The notes beneath the pieces are model-generated. The model was not told the origin of the DNA. It saw only the letters and a list, made by a program, of their open reading frames with translations, and ran no database searches. From the human T2T-CHM13v2.0 reference genome, Homo sapiens, in the NCBI RefSeq assembly GCF_009914755.1, contig NC_060947.1: a stretch of DNA of 64,000 bases, one strand, 5' to 3'. The position numbers and the translations under genes were made by a program. Positions 45,810 through 60,900 of this stretch are shown here, one piece after another (positions within the stretch are counted from its first letter, which is position 1; each line of letters opens with the position of its first letter).

Positions 45810-46800
45810 TAATGTGAAGGTAAATCAATGTTGAACTGGTGCATAACATCCATCCCTTCTACTATGATAATTTTGTTCATTGGCTCATTGAACAAGCACT
45901 GGGTGTCTGGAGAAGAGGTTGACAGACTTCCACGGGCTGGGTAATCATGCACCTTTTGGTGAGCACTCACATGGGACACAAATATCCCCACACAACCCAT
46001 CCTGAGAGATCTGTCCACTTGCTCCTCATATATATGCAGGCAAATCAATTAGAACTGTGCCTTGCACATAATGAGTACTCTTAAGTATTTTATTACATGG
46101 TCATTATTGCTATCAATTCTCCAATCTCATTCCTTCCCAGTCTCTATCTGGCAGACACAATCTGTATTGATCAGTGCCCCTGGCCAAGTCGCTTTCTGGA
46201 CAGAGATCAACCCACATGCATGGCTGTTGAGTTTTGACTCCGAAGAGGATTTCCTTTTTTTACTTCCCGTCAGGGTCACACCTGAGTGCGGCTGTTGCAC
46301 CACAGCTCAGCCTCCAGCTAGTTCCTGCTTACCATGTGTGTCATTTGCAAACCATGCTCCTGGGCTTTTTTCCTTCTTTGGGAAGCTGGTTGTTGGGAAC
46401 TCGGTACAAGGCCCTCGGTGTGAGCTGAGGGAGGGCAAGCAATGCGGCAGGAGAAGGTGTTATGGGGAGGGTGAGCCTCCCGTAACTCACTTGTGCCTGC
46501 AGGACCTGCTCCGGTCTGATCTCCTGTGACCACTGCCCTTTGGTGATGAAGCATTGTCATTACCTGCCTGACTTTATGGTTTGGTGGATAAGATGGCACA
46601 GGCCTAGGGTGAGCAGCTCAGGTGCATGGTCACTTGGGGTCCCGTGGTTAAGTGCTCATACTCTACCAGGAGCCAGTAGTTCAACCTTGTTGAATTAATC
46701 GTCAGGTGCCAGGTGCCACTTCTCAAAAGGTGAGTGGTTATTTGATGAAGAGAGCATGGCTTTTGCTCCAAAATGCTAGAAGCTCACGCTATGATTCTCC
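45810..46800 (-). mobile_element. ERVL internal (pol/RNase H) fragments, highly decayed
   Basis: GIFVSHVSAHQK resembles the ERVL RNase H motif IFVSHVNAHQ; boundaries approximate. Confidence 0.55.
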
Positions 46801-48813
46801 AGATGGGGCTTCTCACAGGCTCCACACAGCATCCCAATCTGTCAGACATTTATTTGTTCCTTCAACTGCCATGTATAGTGACTGCAGGGTTCCATGTAGT
46901 GAGCACCCTGTGCTGGGTGCTGGGGTGTTCCTGTTCTCAAGACGGCCAATCCGGTGAGGGAAACACTGGCAGCACCGAGGGGAACCATAAAGGGCTGTGG
47001 GAGCCCAGAGGAGCTAGTGATTTCCTCCTCTGTGTATAGGCGTGTTGTTAACCGCTGATGGCATGTGTTAGGAACATCTGCACAGGTGCATAGGTCCAGG
47101 CACACATTTCTATATGCGGCTATAGGCGTTTCATACATACATTTCATTATGGACATGAGTCAGCAGTCAGCGTGCTCTCGTGGAAGGAGCCCTTGACTGG
47201 GAGGAAGGAGCCGTAGGGTAAACTCCCCCAGCTCCCTTACATGGTCCCTTGTGCCCTCGGACACGTCCCTGCCCCTCTCTGGCCTCATATCCAAAGAGCA
47301 TTGGCTCACCCGGCCTGCTCTCTGGGGGCCGCACTTTAGATAGTGGGTGGGGAGCACCCGGACCGTGGCCTGGTACATGGGGGGTGCTGCGCAAGTGAGA
47401 GTTACCTCGACGGGGAGGTGCTTTGTAAACTGGGCCTGGTGCTCTGTGATGAACATGAAGGTGGTGCCGGTTGTGTGCATGCACACACAGGGTTGTGTGC
47501 AGGGAGGCATGCCCTGTGGAGACGGCCACGTGTCTAGCTGGGCTCCAAGCTGTGTTGGCAAGGCCAGGCTGGCTCCAGCCAAGATGGCCCTGGCTGCAGG
47601 GGCTGCCATGGGCCAGGGTCACACTTCCTGCGGCCTCTGACTCTGCTCTGAGGAGTGGGCCATGGGGGAGTAACAGGTCAGAGTCTACCTTGAGGGGAGG
47701 CTGTCAGTCTAGAGATAACAGAAAGGGAGCCACGAGGACGCAGCCATCCATCAGGGCAGCGACTTGCCTGGGGCACCCCCACCTCTCCAATGGGGGAGCT
47801 GAGGGCAGGCGGGTAGGCCAGCTTTCAGTCCTGGCTCTGTCTCATCCTAGCTGCCTGCCCTGGGGCCACTCTGCTTCCTCATCCATAAACCAGTGGCAGG
47901 AATGCCCATCCCATAGACTCGTGGTGAAGATGAAATGAGCCACATATGCGGAAGCAGATGGCACCATGATTGTGCATAGGTGTCCAATAAATGACAATTG
48001 TGACAACAACTGTCCTTCCTGCACTAATTTTCCCACTTGTCCCACCCCCAACCAGTCCTGCCAGAAGGAACAATACCTGTGCTAAGAAGCCCAGGTGCAG
48101 GGGTAAATGCTGTGGAAATGGATCCCTTTATTCAGCCAGCACCCAGAATGTGCAGATCACTGTCCTGGGCTGGGGAGAAGAGACTCGGGCCAGGAAAGCC
48201 ACACATGGGCCAGAACTGGGAGAACTGAAGCCCAGGGCACAGCAACCTGCCTGGGAGGGAGGAGAAGATGAAGAGGGCTTCCTGGACCACACCATGGAGC
48301 CAGTGTTGGGCCTTGGAAGGGAGTGGGGAGGGCAAGAAGGACACAGTCATGGGTGGGGACAGGGCTGCCAGTGTGACACCTATGTTGGGGTGAGGAGGGG
48401 AGAAGAGTGGTTCAAGGGTGGGTGTCTCAGGGCAGCGGTCTGTGTGACCAGTGATGGTCACCTGCTGACAGAGGGGACAGAGGAGGGCCGTCTAGGTGGG
48501 GGAGGTGCACCAGCAAAGGCATGGAGTCATGAGAAAGATGAGGGGACCAGTCAGGCAGAGTCAAGGGGGTCACTGTCATGAAGCAGCTGGCTTTGGGTAG
48601 GGCTTGGGTGCCGGGGCCAAGCTCTTAGACCTGCAGAGCAGGTGGCATTGGGAGTCATTTGGTGGCTGGGGCAAGATTGAGTGGCTGACGGGTGGAAGAG
48701 CAAGAGTGACAGAATCTGTCTCCCACCTCAGGACCCAGGCAGTGGCTACCCCTACACCCCTAGCCCACCTGGGACAGCCCAGCCAACCCATCTGTGTGTG
48801 TGGCCCTCCCTAC

Positions 48814-49017
48814 CTGCTGGCCGCAAGCTGAGAGTCAAGAGTCGCCTCCAATGTGGCCTCTGAGGTTGAGTTTGCTCCCACCACGCTGGCATAGGTAGAT
48901 AGAGTGGGGCGTGATGGGATATTCATGAGGTAGTATTCTGTGCGGCTGGATGTGCTCTTGCACTCAGTTACCATGTAGCGTGTGCCCACGATGAAGATCT
49001 TGAGGTGGGACAGGTGG
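48814..49017 (-). pseudogene. Decayed copy of a PFKFB1 internal exon (kinase/bisphosphatase junction, RHG motif exon)
   Basis: HLSHLKIFIVGTRYMV/.*VQEHIQ/.RTEYYLMNI/.TPHSIYLCQRGGSKLNLRGHIGGDS*LSACGQQ versus PFKFB1 [69 protein letters not shown]; intact cag and GTAGGG splice sites; three frameshifts, two stops. Confidence 0.88.
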
Positions 49018-51563
49018 CTGGGCCAGACCCAAGCAGGAGCAAGGGCTGCTCAGGGGCTAATGGTGGGGGCTCTCTTCATTACTCCCCACTTGCCCTTCTA
49101 AATCCACTCCCCATCTATGCCTGTCCCGCTCTGTGCTTCAGGAGACTGACCGTTGCTGATTGTATCATCTGGGCTCCTTGTCCTGCAAGTGAGAGACAAT
49201 GGCACCCGATGCGCGGAGGTCACAACGAGAGCTTTAGGGTATTTATCCCTATGCCTCCCTATCTGCTGGGTTGTGCTTTAGCTGTCACGAGGCTCCCCTA
49301 ACTCGGGCCATCAGTTCCCATGGGCCGCTCTTCTTCCGTGGCTGTGACTCTTGTCACTTTCTTTTAACTGCCATTGCACCTTGACCCTTCAGGGCTTGAG
49401 GTGGTAATGGCTTTTGGCAGATTCAGTTCCCCCATCTCTGCCCATCCCTTGTGGGTCCTCTAATGCCACCTACCTCTGTAAATTATGTCCTCATGAGTTT
49501 ACCATCAGTTTGCCCACGGAGTTTGCCATGTGTTTTGGGACAGCATTCTGCCTGACACAGAGAGTGAATGTGAGTGTAAAAAGGAATGAATAAATGTGAG
49601 CGAAGGAAAGAGTGGGTGAAAGTAAATGCATGAATGAATGAGAAAACAAGTGTGAATGAGGAATTTTTGTGTGAAACTTTCCTTGTTTATTTTGCTGAGG
49701 TTGTAGAATCCACACTGGCCAAATCGTGCTTTTCCCTGGATCCCCACTGAGAATGGCAGGTCAGTGAGTGCAGCAAGTGCAGGCTCTTTGGAGGACACCG
49801 TCTCACACCCTGGAGGGAAGAGGAGCATCCTGCCTCACAGACTTGCTTCAAATCTCACCTAGAGGTTTTGGAAGGCCAGACTGGCTACCTCAGAATCACA
49901 ACATGGGCTCCTAGAAATGCAGATTCCTGGAGCCCAGCCTTCAGGGTCTGGTTCAGTAGCATGGGGGTGGGGCCCAGGAAGCTGTGTCATCAACCAGTCT
50001 CAGGGGACATTGACATCCAGCCAGGTTGGAGAATCACGGAGCTGGCCTGCTCACCTCATCTGAGAGATGAGAGGACAGGTGCAGAGAAATCCCTGGCTCA
50101 TGTGGCAGCCCCTCCAAAGCTGTTTAGCATTGGAGGTCCCAACTCATTCGACTCTGTTGACCCAGAGAGGCACTGGGGTGGACAGTGGATGTAACAGACA
50201 CAGACAGACACACAGACTGGATCCAAATCCCAGTGCTGACACTCCCCTAATGTGGGACGATCAAAGCCAGTCACTCCATTGCTCGACTTCACTTTTCCCA
50301 TCTGTAAAATGGACGAGATGCCATCTACAGCTCAGGACCACTGTGAGACTTTGAGAGAATTCCTCCCTCCCAACTACATGGTGCAGAGAAGATTGCACGA
50401 TCATTCTACTCATTAGCATTAGGTGGCACTCACTGAGATGCAGGTATGGCTCCAAACGCTTTACATGAATGGCCTCATTTATTTCCCACAAGCACTGCCT
50501 ATGAAGTAGGAGCTGTGGTCATGCCTGTGCTGTAGATGAGGAGCCAGAGGCTTAGAGAGAATGAGTCTCTTGTCCAGGGACACACAGCAGCAGCGGGGAC
50601 CTGGGCCCACAGGCCATCTGAGTCCCTGCAGCCTGCACTCTTCAGCCCTAAGCTAAAAATGGCAGGTCCCTCCCCCATTCTCCTTAAAGGTTAAAACAGA
50701 GGGTAGAACCAATCCTGTGGGGGAGAAAACAGAACAAAGAGCTCTGAGAGGAAGGAAGCCAAGGGAATGTATGTGAGCAGGCGCCTCAGAGAGTATGGGG
50801 CTCAGTGTGTCCCTGAGCTTCCTGACAGCTGTGGCAGGAAGAAGGGGGAGCAGAATTCCCAAGTTTCCATTTTCTGGAAAAAAAGGAGGCACAGTGACAT
50901 TTCTAAATGGACATTTGTCTTGGATTCCAGAGGAGTTGATCTTGTGGCCAGCTCAGCAAACATCCGGGACTAGAGAGTCATCTGTGATTTCATGAGACTC
51001 TAAAAGGCTTGTTCACACACATGATGCCCAGAGTCAGAAGGCAGAGAGGGAAGAAGAAATATGAAATCCGATCCAGAGGATAACCTTGCTAGGCTGCTGT
51101 TTCCCACAGCAGTGGGGGGATGGGAGGAGACCTAGACCTTGTCTGTGTGTCTGTCTGTCTCCTGGACACACACTGACTGCACTGCCTCTCTGGGAGGAGA
51201 CGCAGGCTGCTGGTGTACCTCCAGACTTGCCATGCCTCCAAAGACTGGGCCCCAGGTTGCATGGGCAATGAGGTAGGGTGAGGTTGCCAGTGAGCGTCAC
51301 ACTGCTAGGGCCTGGGAGCTGAGGGCCAAGCTGGGTCTGTCCGGCTGGGCTCAATGGAGGATGCAGAGAGGAGCTGGCTGTGGGACTGGGAGAGGAGCGT
51401 GGGGCAGGTGGAAGGGTGTTGTAGGCAGGAGTCACCGGAGGTTTGGGGAGGGGTTAGACTTCTCACCCTCCCCAGATAGCACCCCTTGTGCTGCCCTTTC
51501 TGTGGTTCTTCTGTCTTGTGAGCCCTCTGTACCACCCCATCCCAATCGTACCCACTCATACAG

Positions 51564-51796
51564 GTGAGGCTGATTTGCCCCCATCCACCAGGATCGAGAG
51601 GGCAGCCTGAGACATCTGGTCCCATCGTGCATCTCCTGCTATAGGACTCTCAACCCCAGCACACAAACCACCCCTCAGCAGCCCCACACCACACCACCTA
51701 CTGCCCGACATTGCAAGACCAGTTGGCTCAGGCATCATGGCTGACTTCCCGGTTCAGTACGATGTGGTCATGGAGGACATCATTAGAGCCGTGCAG
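51564..51796 (+). pseudogene. Duplicated, disrupted ITIH6 exon 5
   Basis: EADLPPSTRIER...YCPTLQDQ...GIMADFPVQYDVVMEDII; about 92-bp insertion with in-frame TGA (51608-51610) and a 10-bp deletion; splice sites cag and GTGAGG intact. Confidence 0.9.
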
Positions 51797-54680
51797 GTGA
51801 GGGGGCCTGGGGAAGAGGAGAGAGGATGGGCTCTGGAGTCAGACAGGCCTGAGCACACTGCTCGGGTCTCTCCAGCTGGTCACTCCAGTTTCCCTAGGGA
51901 TAAGTGAGAGCTAGCGAACAAGGATAGGCTGATGTGAAAAGACACATGGCTTCAACCTTGGGAGGCACATCGAATCCCCCAAAGGGTTGGAGACCTGGAA
52001 CTGTCTCCAGTGAATCAAGTGCCCAAAGGACCCATCCCTAACTGAATCAAGTCATAGCCTGCTCGAAAACAGTCCTTCTGCAAAGTAAACCCTTGGCCAC
52101 TAATTGGGCACTCATGTTCATGGGCTCTCATGCATTCTATAGCTCCTATACTCTCCTGTGTTCTCTTGGGCTTCCTTGCTCTCTCTCGGCTTTTAACAAT
52201 CCTTATTGCTTCAGTGGAGCCATCTGCCTAAACAGGGAGCCCTTCAATTCTGAGTTTCCACATTCATGAAGAAAGAGCAGAGGTCCCACACTCTCCCAGA
52301 TGGGAAAGGACAGAGCACTGATCCCAGGGCCCTGGCTTGAGCACAAGGATGGCGGGGCAGCCTGAGACATCTGGTTCCACTCTGCCTCTCCCGCCACAGA
52401 ACTCTCAACCCCAGCACACAAACCACCCTCCAGCTGCCCCAAACCACACCACACCACACCACACTTTTCTCCAAAACACCCGAGCCTGCCTCTCATCTGT
52501 GTGAGCATTTGCTCATGGTGGCCACTGCCCTGAGAATGACTTCTTCCTCCTTGCTCCACTGCTCAGCATCCTTGTGTTCCTGAAACACTGCCGAAACACC
52601 TCCTCCTTGATGACTCCAGTCCACCAACAATTCGTTTGTCTGCCCTGGACTAAAAGTGTCCCATGGTTAAACCTCTTCTCATGCATCATTCATTCATTCA
52701 TTCACATGTTGAATGAATAAGTGGACTAGGCCAGTCTTGTACTCATTGACTCTGACAACTCAGAAGTGAGTCAGACACAGCCACTCATCTCCCTCTGCCA
52801 TCACCCCATCCTGAAGCACCCAGATACACAGAGCCTTGACAGTCATCAAGTGTTCTAGGTGTTGTGTTTAAGTGTGTCATGGGTTCTGTCGTGGTGCCAG
52901 TGGAGGAGGGTTTCAGGGCCGTCATCCTAAAGGAGTTGGAATTTAAGTAAGCATGGGAAAAATGAATTGGATATACCTGCAAGTCGGTCGAGAAGGTGAA
53001 GGGAAAGGCATGCAGTGAGAAGGAACAGCATTGCAGAGGCACAGAGGTGTGGCTCAGTCTGTTGTGTAGGGGGAGTAAAAGTTATTCTCCTGCCAGGATA
53101 GGAGCCAAGGGTACCTTGCCAGCAGGTGGCAGCAGGGGCTTTAACCTGGTGTTATGTCTCGTGGGTGTGTTTAGTTCATGGAGGTATTCCTCTGCTGGTT
53201 CATTCTTTACCATCACCACAGCTGCCTGCAGTTGAAATACGGATGGATGGAGGCATGGGATTAAGCATTGACTAGTACAACCAGGAACTCCCAAGCACCG
53301 TGAGCCCTGACCCCCTCTGACACCCTGCCAGGAACACTCAGGTCATCTCCCACTTCCTATTTGAGTGTGCTCCTCTTTGAAAGCCCAGCACATCATCAGA
53401 TCATCCACCCCGCTGGGGCTCACTGAGCACCTCATCTGTGTCATACCTGGTGTTGGCTGACGTTGGGAACCCCAAAGGGTATCACACACACCGCCTACCT
53501 ATTGTCTATGGGCGAGACACAGAAACCCAATATTGGCACTAGGGTAGAATTGCCCTTTCCATGACACACAAGGTAGGATGGAAGCCATAATGAAGAGGAA
53601 AGGCAGTTCCAGAAGGTTCCCAGGGGGAGACCAAGGCTGACCTGTCTGTTAAGGAATTAATAAAAATGGGCCATAGGCGAGGGCCTGTGGGAGGGAAAGG
53701 CATTCCAGCAATGTAGTGGCTGCCTGAGAAAAGAAACAGGCAAAAACTTACCAAGTATGTGTAGGGAATTGCAAACAGCTTGGCGTTCTGGAGCAGAGAT
53801 TTGAGATGAAAAACCCAAAGAGCCACATAGAAGGCTGGAGAGTCCTGCAGGGCAACACAAGGAATATGGTATTTGTCCTGTAGTTGAACAGGGAGCCATG
53901 AGATAAAATGACATGTGAGGTAATGTTTACAGGGTCTCAGCGGCTGCCTCTGAGCAGCATGGATGGGAGAGGCCGCAGTAGAAGAGGGAAACTGAGAAAA
54001 ATGAGGCCTAAGCTTGGGCTTGGTCAGTTAGGGATGAAGAGGAGGGTGGCCTGGAGAAGCATCCAGCAGAGAAAAGCAATAAGAATTGGAAGTTGATTGG
54101 CTGCAGGGAATGGGGGCCACCTGAAGATTGAAGGCAACACTCAGATTTGTCTCCAGAGTGACCATGTGGATGATGGTGCCCCTGACTGCGAAGGCATAAA
54201 GGGCCAAGTAGGGGCAGGACAACGAATTCATTGTTTGGGCAGGATGCATTGGAGGCTTCTTGAAACATTCCGGGGCAGATGTCCAACTGTGAGTCTGCAC
54301 CCACTGGTGAGGGGGCAATTGTGGGAGCCCTAGATGGGAGAAGAGATTCAGAGTGACTGGTAGGGCTTCTGTGGTGGAAACCAAGTGACAGAGGGAGGTC
54401 ACCTAGGGAGCATGTGTGGAGCCAGAAGGGAAGATCCTTCAAGGCAGCAGCTAAGGTGGAGTGGCCCAATCCAGCAGCTATGGATCCCTTCAGCCACCCC
54501 ATCAACTGCGCACAGCCTGCCCAGAGCCCCAGTCCCCAGCAGTTCACTCCATTGAGCTGCACCAGCATAATTATTTTCTTTGACCTGAGAAATACTGGGA
54601 AACACTGCGAAGGGAGTGGGCAGACAGAAGTGGTAGGAGAATAAGGAGAGTTCACTGTAGCAGATTGCAGGGAAAACGAC

Positions 54681-57859
<3,179 letters not shown>

Positions 57860-57919
57860 TGATGTATATGGGTGGGGAAGGCAGTCCCAAAAGACTCAAA
57901 ATACAGACATTGGGTTTGT

Positions 57920-60900
57920 TTGTTTTAGTAAAGTTCCTATGTTTAATTTTTGAGGGTACACAGTAGGTGTATATATTTATGGGATAAGTGAGATGTTTTG
58001 GTACAGGCATGCAATCTGTAATAATCGCATCACGGGGTACCCATTCCGTCAAGCATTTATCCCTGTGTTACAAACAATCCATTTATACTCTTTTACTTAT
58101 TTTTAAATGTACAATTAAATTATTATTGACTATAGTTACCCTGTCGTGCTATCAAATACTAAGTCTTATTCATTATTTCTCTTTTCTTTGTACCCTTTAA
58201 CCATCCCTACCTCCCACCTATCTCCCCACTGCCTGCTGCCCCTCCTCCCTCAGCCTCTGGTAACCACTCTTCTATGCTCTATCTCCATGAGTTCAACTGC
58301 TTTCATTTTTTAGATCCCACTAATGAGTGACAACATGTGAGATTTGTCTTTCTGTGCCTGACTTATTTCATGTAACATAATGATCTCCAGTTCCATTCAT
58401 GTTGTTGCAAATGGCAAGATCCCATTCTTTTTTATGGCTGATTAGTACTCCATTGTGTATATGTACCATGTTTTCTTTATCCATTCATCTGTTGATGGAC
58501 ACTTATGTTGTTTCCAAGTCTTGGCCGTTGTGAACAGCGCTGCAACAAAAAGGAGGGTGAAGATATCTCTTGGATACACTGATTTTCTTTCTTTTGGGTA
58601 TATACCCAGAAGTGGGATGGTTGGATTGTATGATGAAGCTCTAATTTTTAGTTTATTGAGGAGCCTCCAAACTGTTCTCCATATGGTTCTACTAATTCAC
58701 ATTCCCACCAACAGTGTATGGGGATCCCTTTTCTCCACATCCTCGCCAGCATTTCTTATTGCCTGTCTCTGGGTTAGAAGCCATTTTAGTTGGGTTGAGA
58801 TGATATCTCATTGTAGTTTGATTTTCACATTTCTGATGATAGTGATGTTGAGAACCTTTTCATATATCTGTTTGCCATTTGTATGTCTTCTTTTGAGAAA
58901 TATCTATTCAAATCTTTTGCCCTTTTTCAATGGGATTCTTAGATTTTTTTCCTATGGAGTTGTTTGAGCTCCTTGTATAATCTGGTTATTATACCCTTGT
59001 GAGATGGGTAGTTTGCAAATATTTTGTCCCATTCCGTGGATTGTCTCTTCACTTTGTTTATCATTTCCCTTGCAGTGTAGAAGCGTTTTAACTTGATGTG
59101 ATCCCATTTGTCCACTTTTACTATGGTTGCTTGTGCTTATCGGGCATTATTCAAGAAATTTTTGCTCAGACCAATGCTCTGGAGATTTTCCCAAGATTTT
59201 CTTGTAGTATTAATAGTATCATAGTTTGAGGTCTGAGATTTAAGTCTTTAATTCATTTTGATTTGATTTTTGTATATGGTGAGAGAGAGGAGAGGTCTAG
59301 TTTCATTATTCTGCATATGGGTATCCAGTTTTCCCAGCACCTTTTACTGAAGAGACTGTTCTTTCCCCAGTGTTTGTTGTTGGCACCTGTGTTAAAAATC
59401 AGTTCACCATAGGTGAATATATTTGTTTCTGGGTTTTTTATTCTTTTCCATCGGTCTATGTGTCTGTTTCTGTCTCATTACCAATCTGTTTTTGTTGCTA
59501 TAGCTCTGCCGTATAATTTGAAATCAGGTAATGTGATTCCTTCAGTTTTGTTCTTTTGGCTTAGGATAGCTTTGGTTATTCTGGGTCTTTCATGGTTCTA
59601 TATAAATTGTAGGATTTTTTTTCAATCTGTGAAGAATGTCATTGCGATTTTGATAGGGATTGCATTGAATCTGTAGATTGCTTTGGGTAGTATGAATGTT
59701 TTAACAATATTGATTCTTCCAATCCATGAACATGGAATATCTTTCCATTTTTTAGATATAAAAATGTCCTCTTCAATTTCTTTTAACAGTGTTTTACACT
59801 TTTCATTATAAAGATGTTTCACTTCTTTGGTTAATTCCTAGCATTTAATTTTATTCATGGCTACTGTAAATGCGGTTTCTTTTTAAATGTCTTTTTCAGA
59901 TTGTTCACTGTTGGCATATAGAAATACTACTGATTTTGTTTTGCTGATTTTGTATCCTGCAACTTTCCTGCATTTGTTATCAGTTCTAATATTTTTTGTG
60001 GGGTCTTTAGGGTTTTCCTAGTATAAGATCATATCATCTGCAAACAAGGATGATTTGACTTATTCCTTTCCAATTCGGATGCCCTTTATTTCTTTCTCTT
60101 GTCTGATTGTTCTAGGTAGTCCTTCCAGTACTTTGTGGAATAACAGTGGTGAAAGCGAGCATCTGTGTCATGCTCCAGACCTTAGCAGAAAGGCTTTCAG
60201 TTTTTCTCTTCAGTATGATACTAGGTGTGGCTCTGTCATATATGGCTTTTGTTATGTTGAGGTATGTTCCTTTTATCCCCAGTGTTTTGAGGGTTTTGTC
60301 ATGAAGAAATGTTGAGTTCTATTAAATGCTTTTTCAGCATCAATTGAAATGATCATATGGTTTTTGTTCTTCATTCAGTTGGTATACTGTATCACACTGA
60401 TTGCTTTGCATATGTTGAACCATCCTTGCATCTCAGGGATAAATCCCACTTGGTCATGAAGATCTTTTAAGTGTGTTATTGAGTTCAGTTTGTTAGTATT
60501 TTGTTGAGAATGTGTGCATCCATATTCATCAGAGTCATTGGCCTATAGTTGTCATTTTTTGATGTGTCTTTGTCTGGTTTTGGTATCAGGGCAATACTGG
60601 CCATGTAGAATGAATTTTGAAGTATTCTGTCCTCTTCCATTTTTTGGAAGAGTTTGAGTAGGACTGGTATTAGTTCGTTTTTAACTGTTTTGTAGAATTC
60701 AGAGATGAAGCCATCAGGTCCTGAGCCTTTCTTTACTGAGAGGCTTTTTGTCATGGCTTTGATCTTGTTACTTTTTATTGGCCTGTTCAGGTTTTGAATT
60801 TCTTTTCTTTTCTTCTTCTTCTTTTTTTTTGAGACAGAGTATTGTTCTGTTGTTCAGGCTGGAGTACAGTGGCATGGTCTCGGCTCCCTGTAACCTCTGC

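Noticed and set aside
47991-48581. 196-aa G-rich ORF
   Set aside because: No homology recognised; composition consistent with non-coding GC-rich or decayed repeat sequence.
50362-50374. Near-match to the PRDM9 13-mer motif inside the conversion tract
   Set aside because: One mismatch to a degenerate motif is expected by chance; no evidence of a hotspot from sequence alone.
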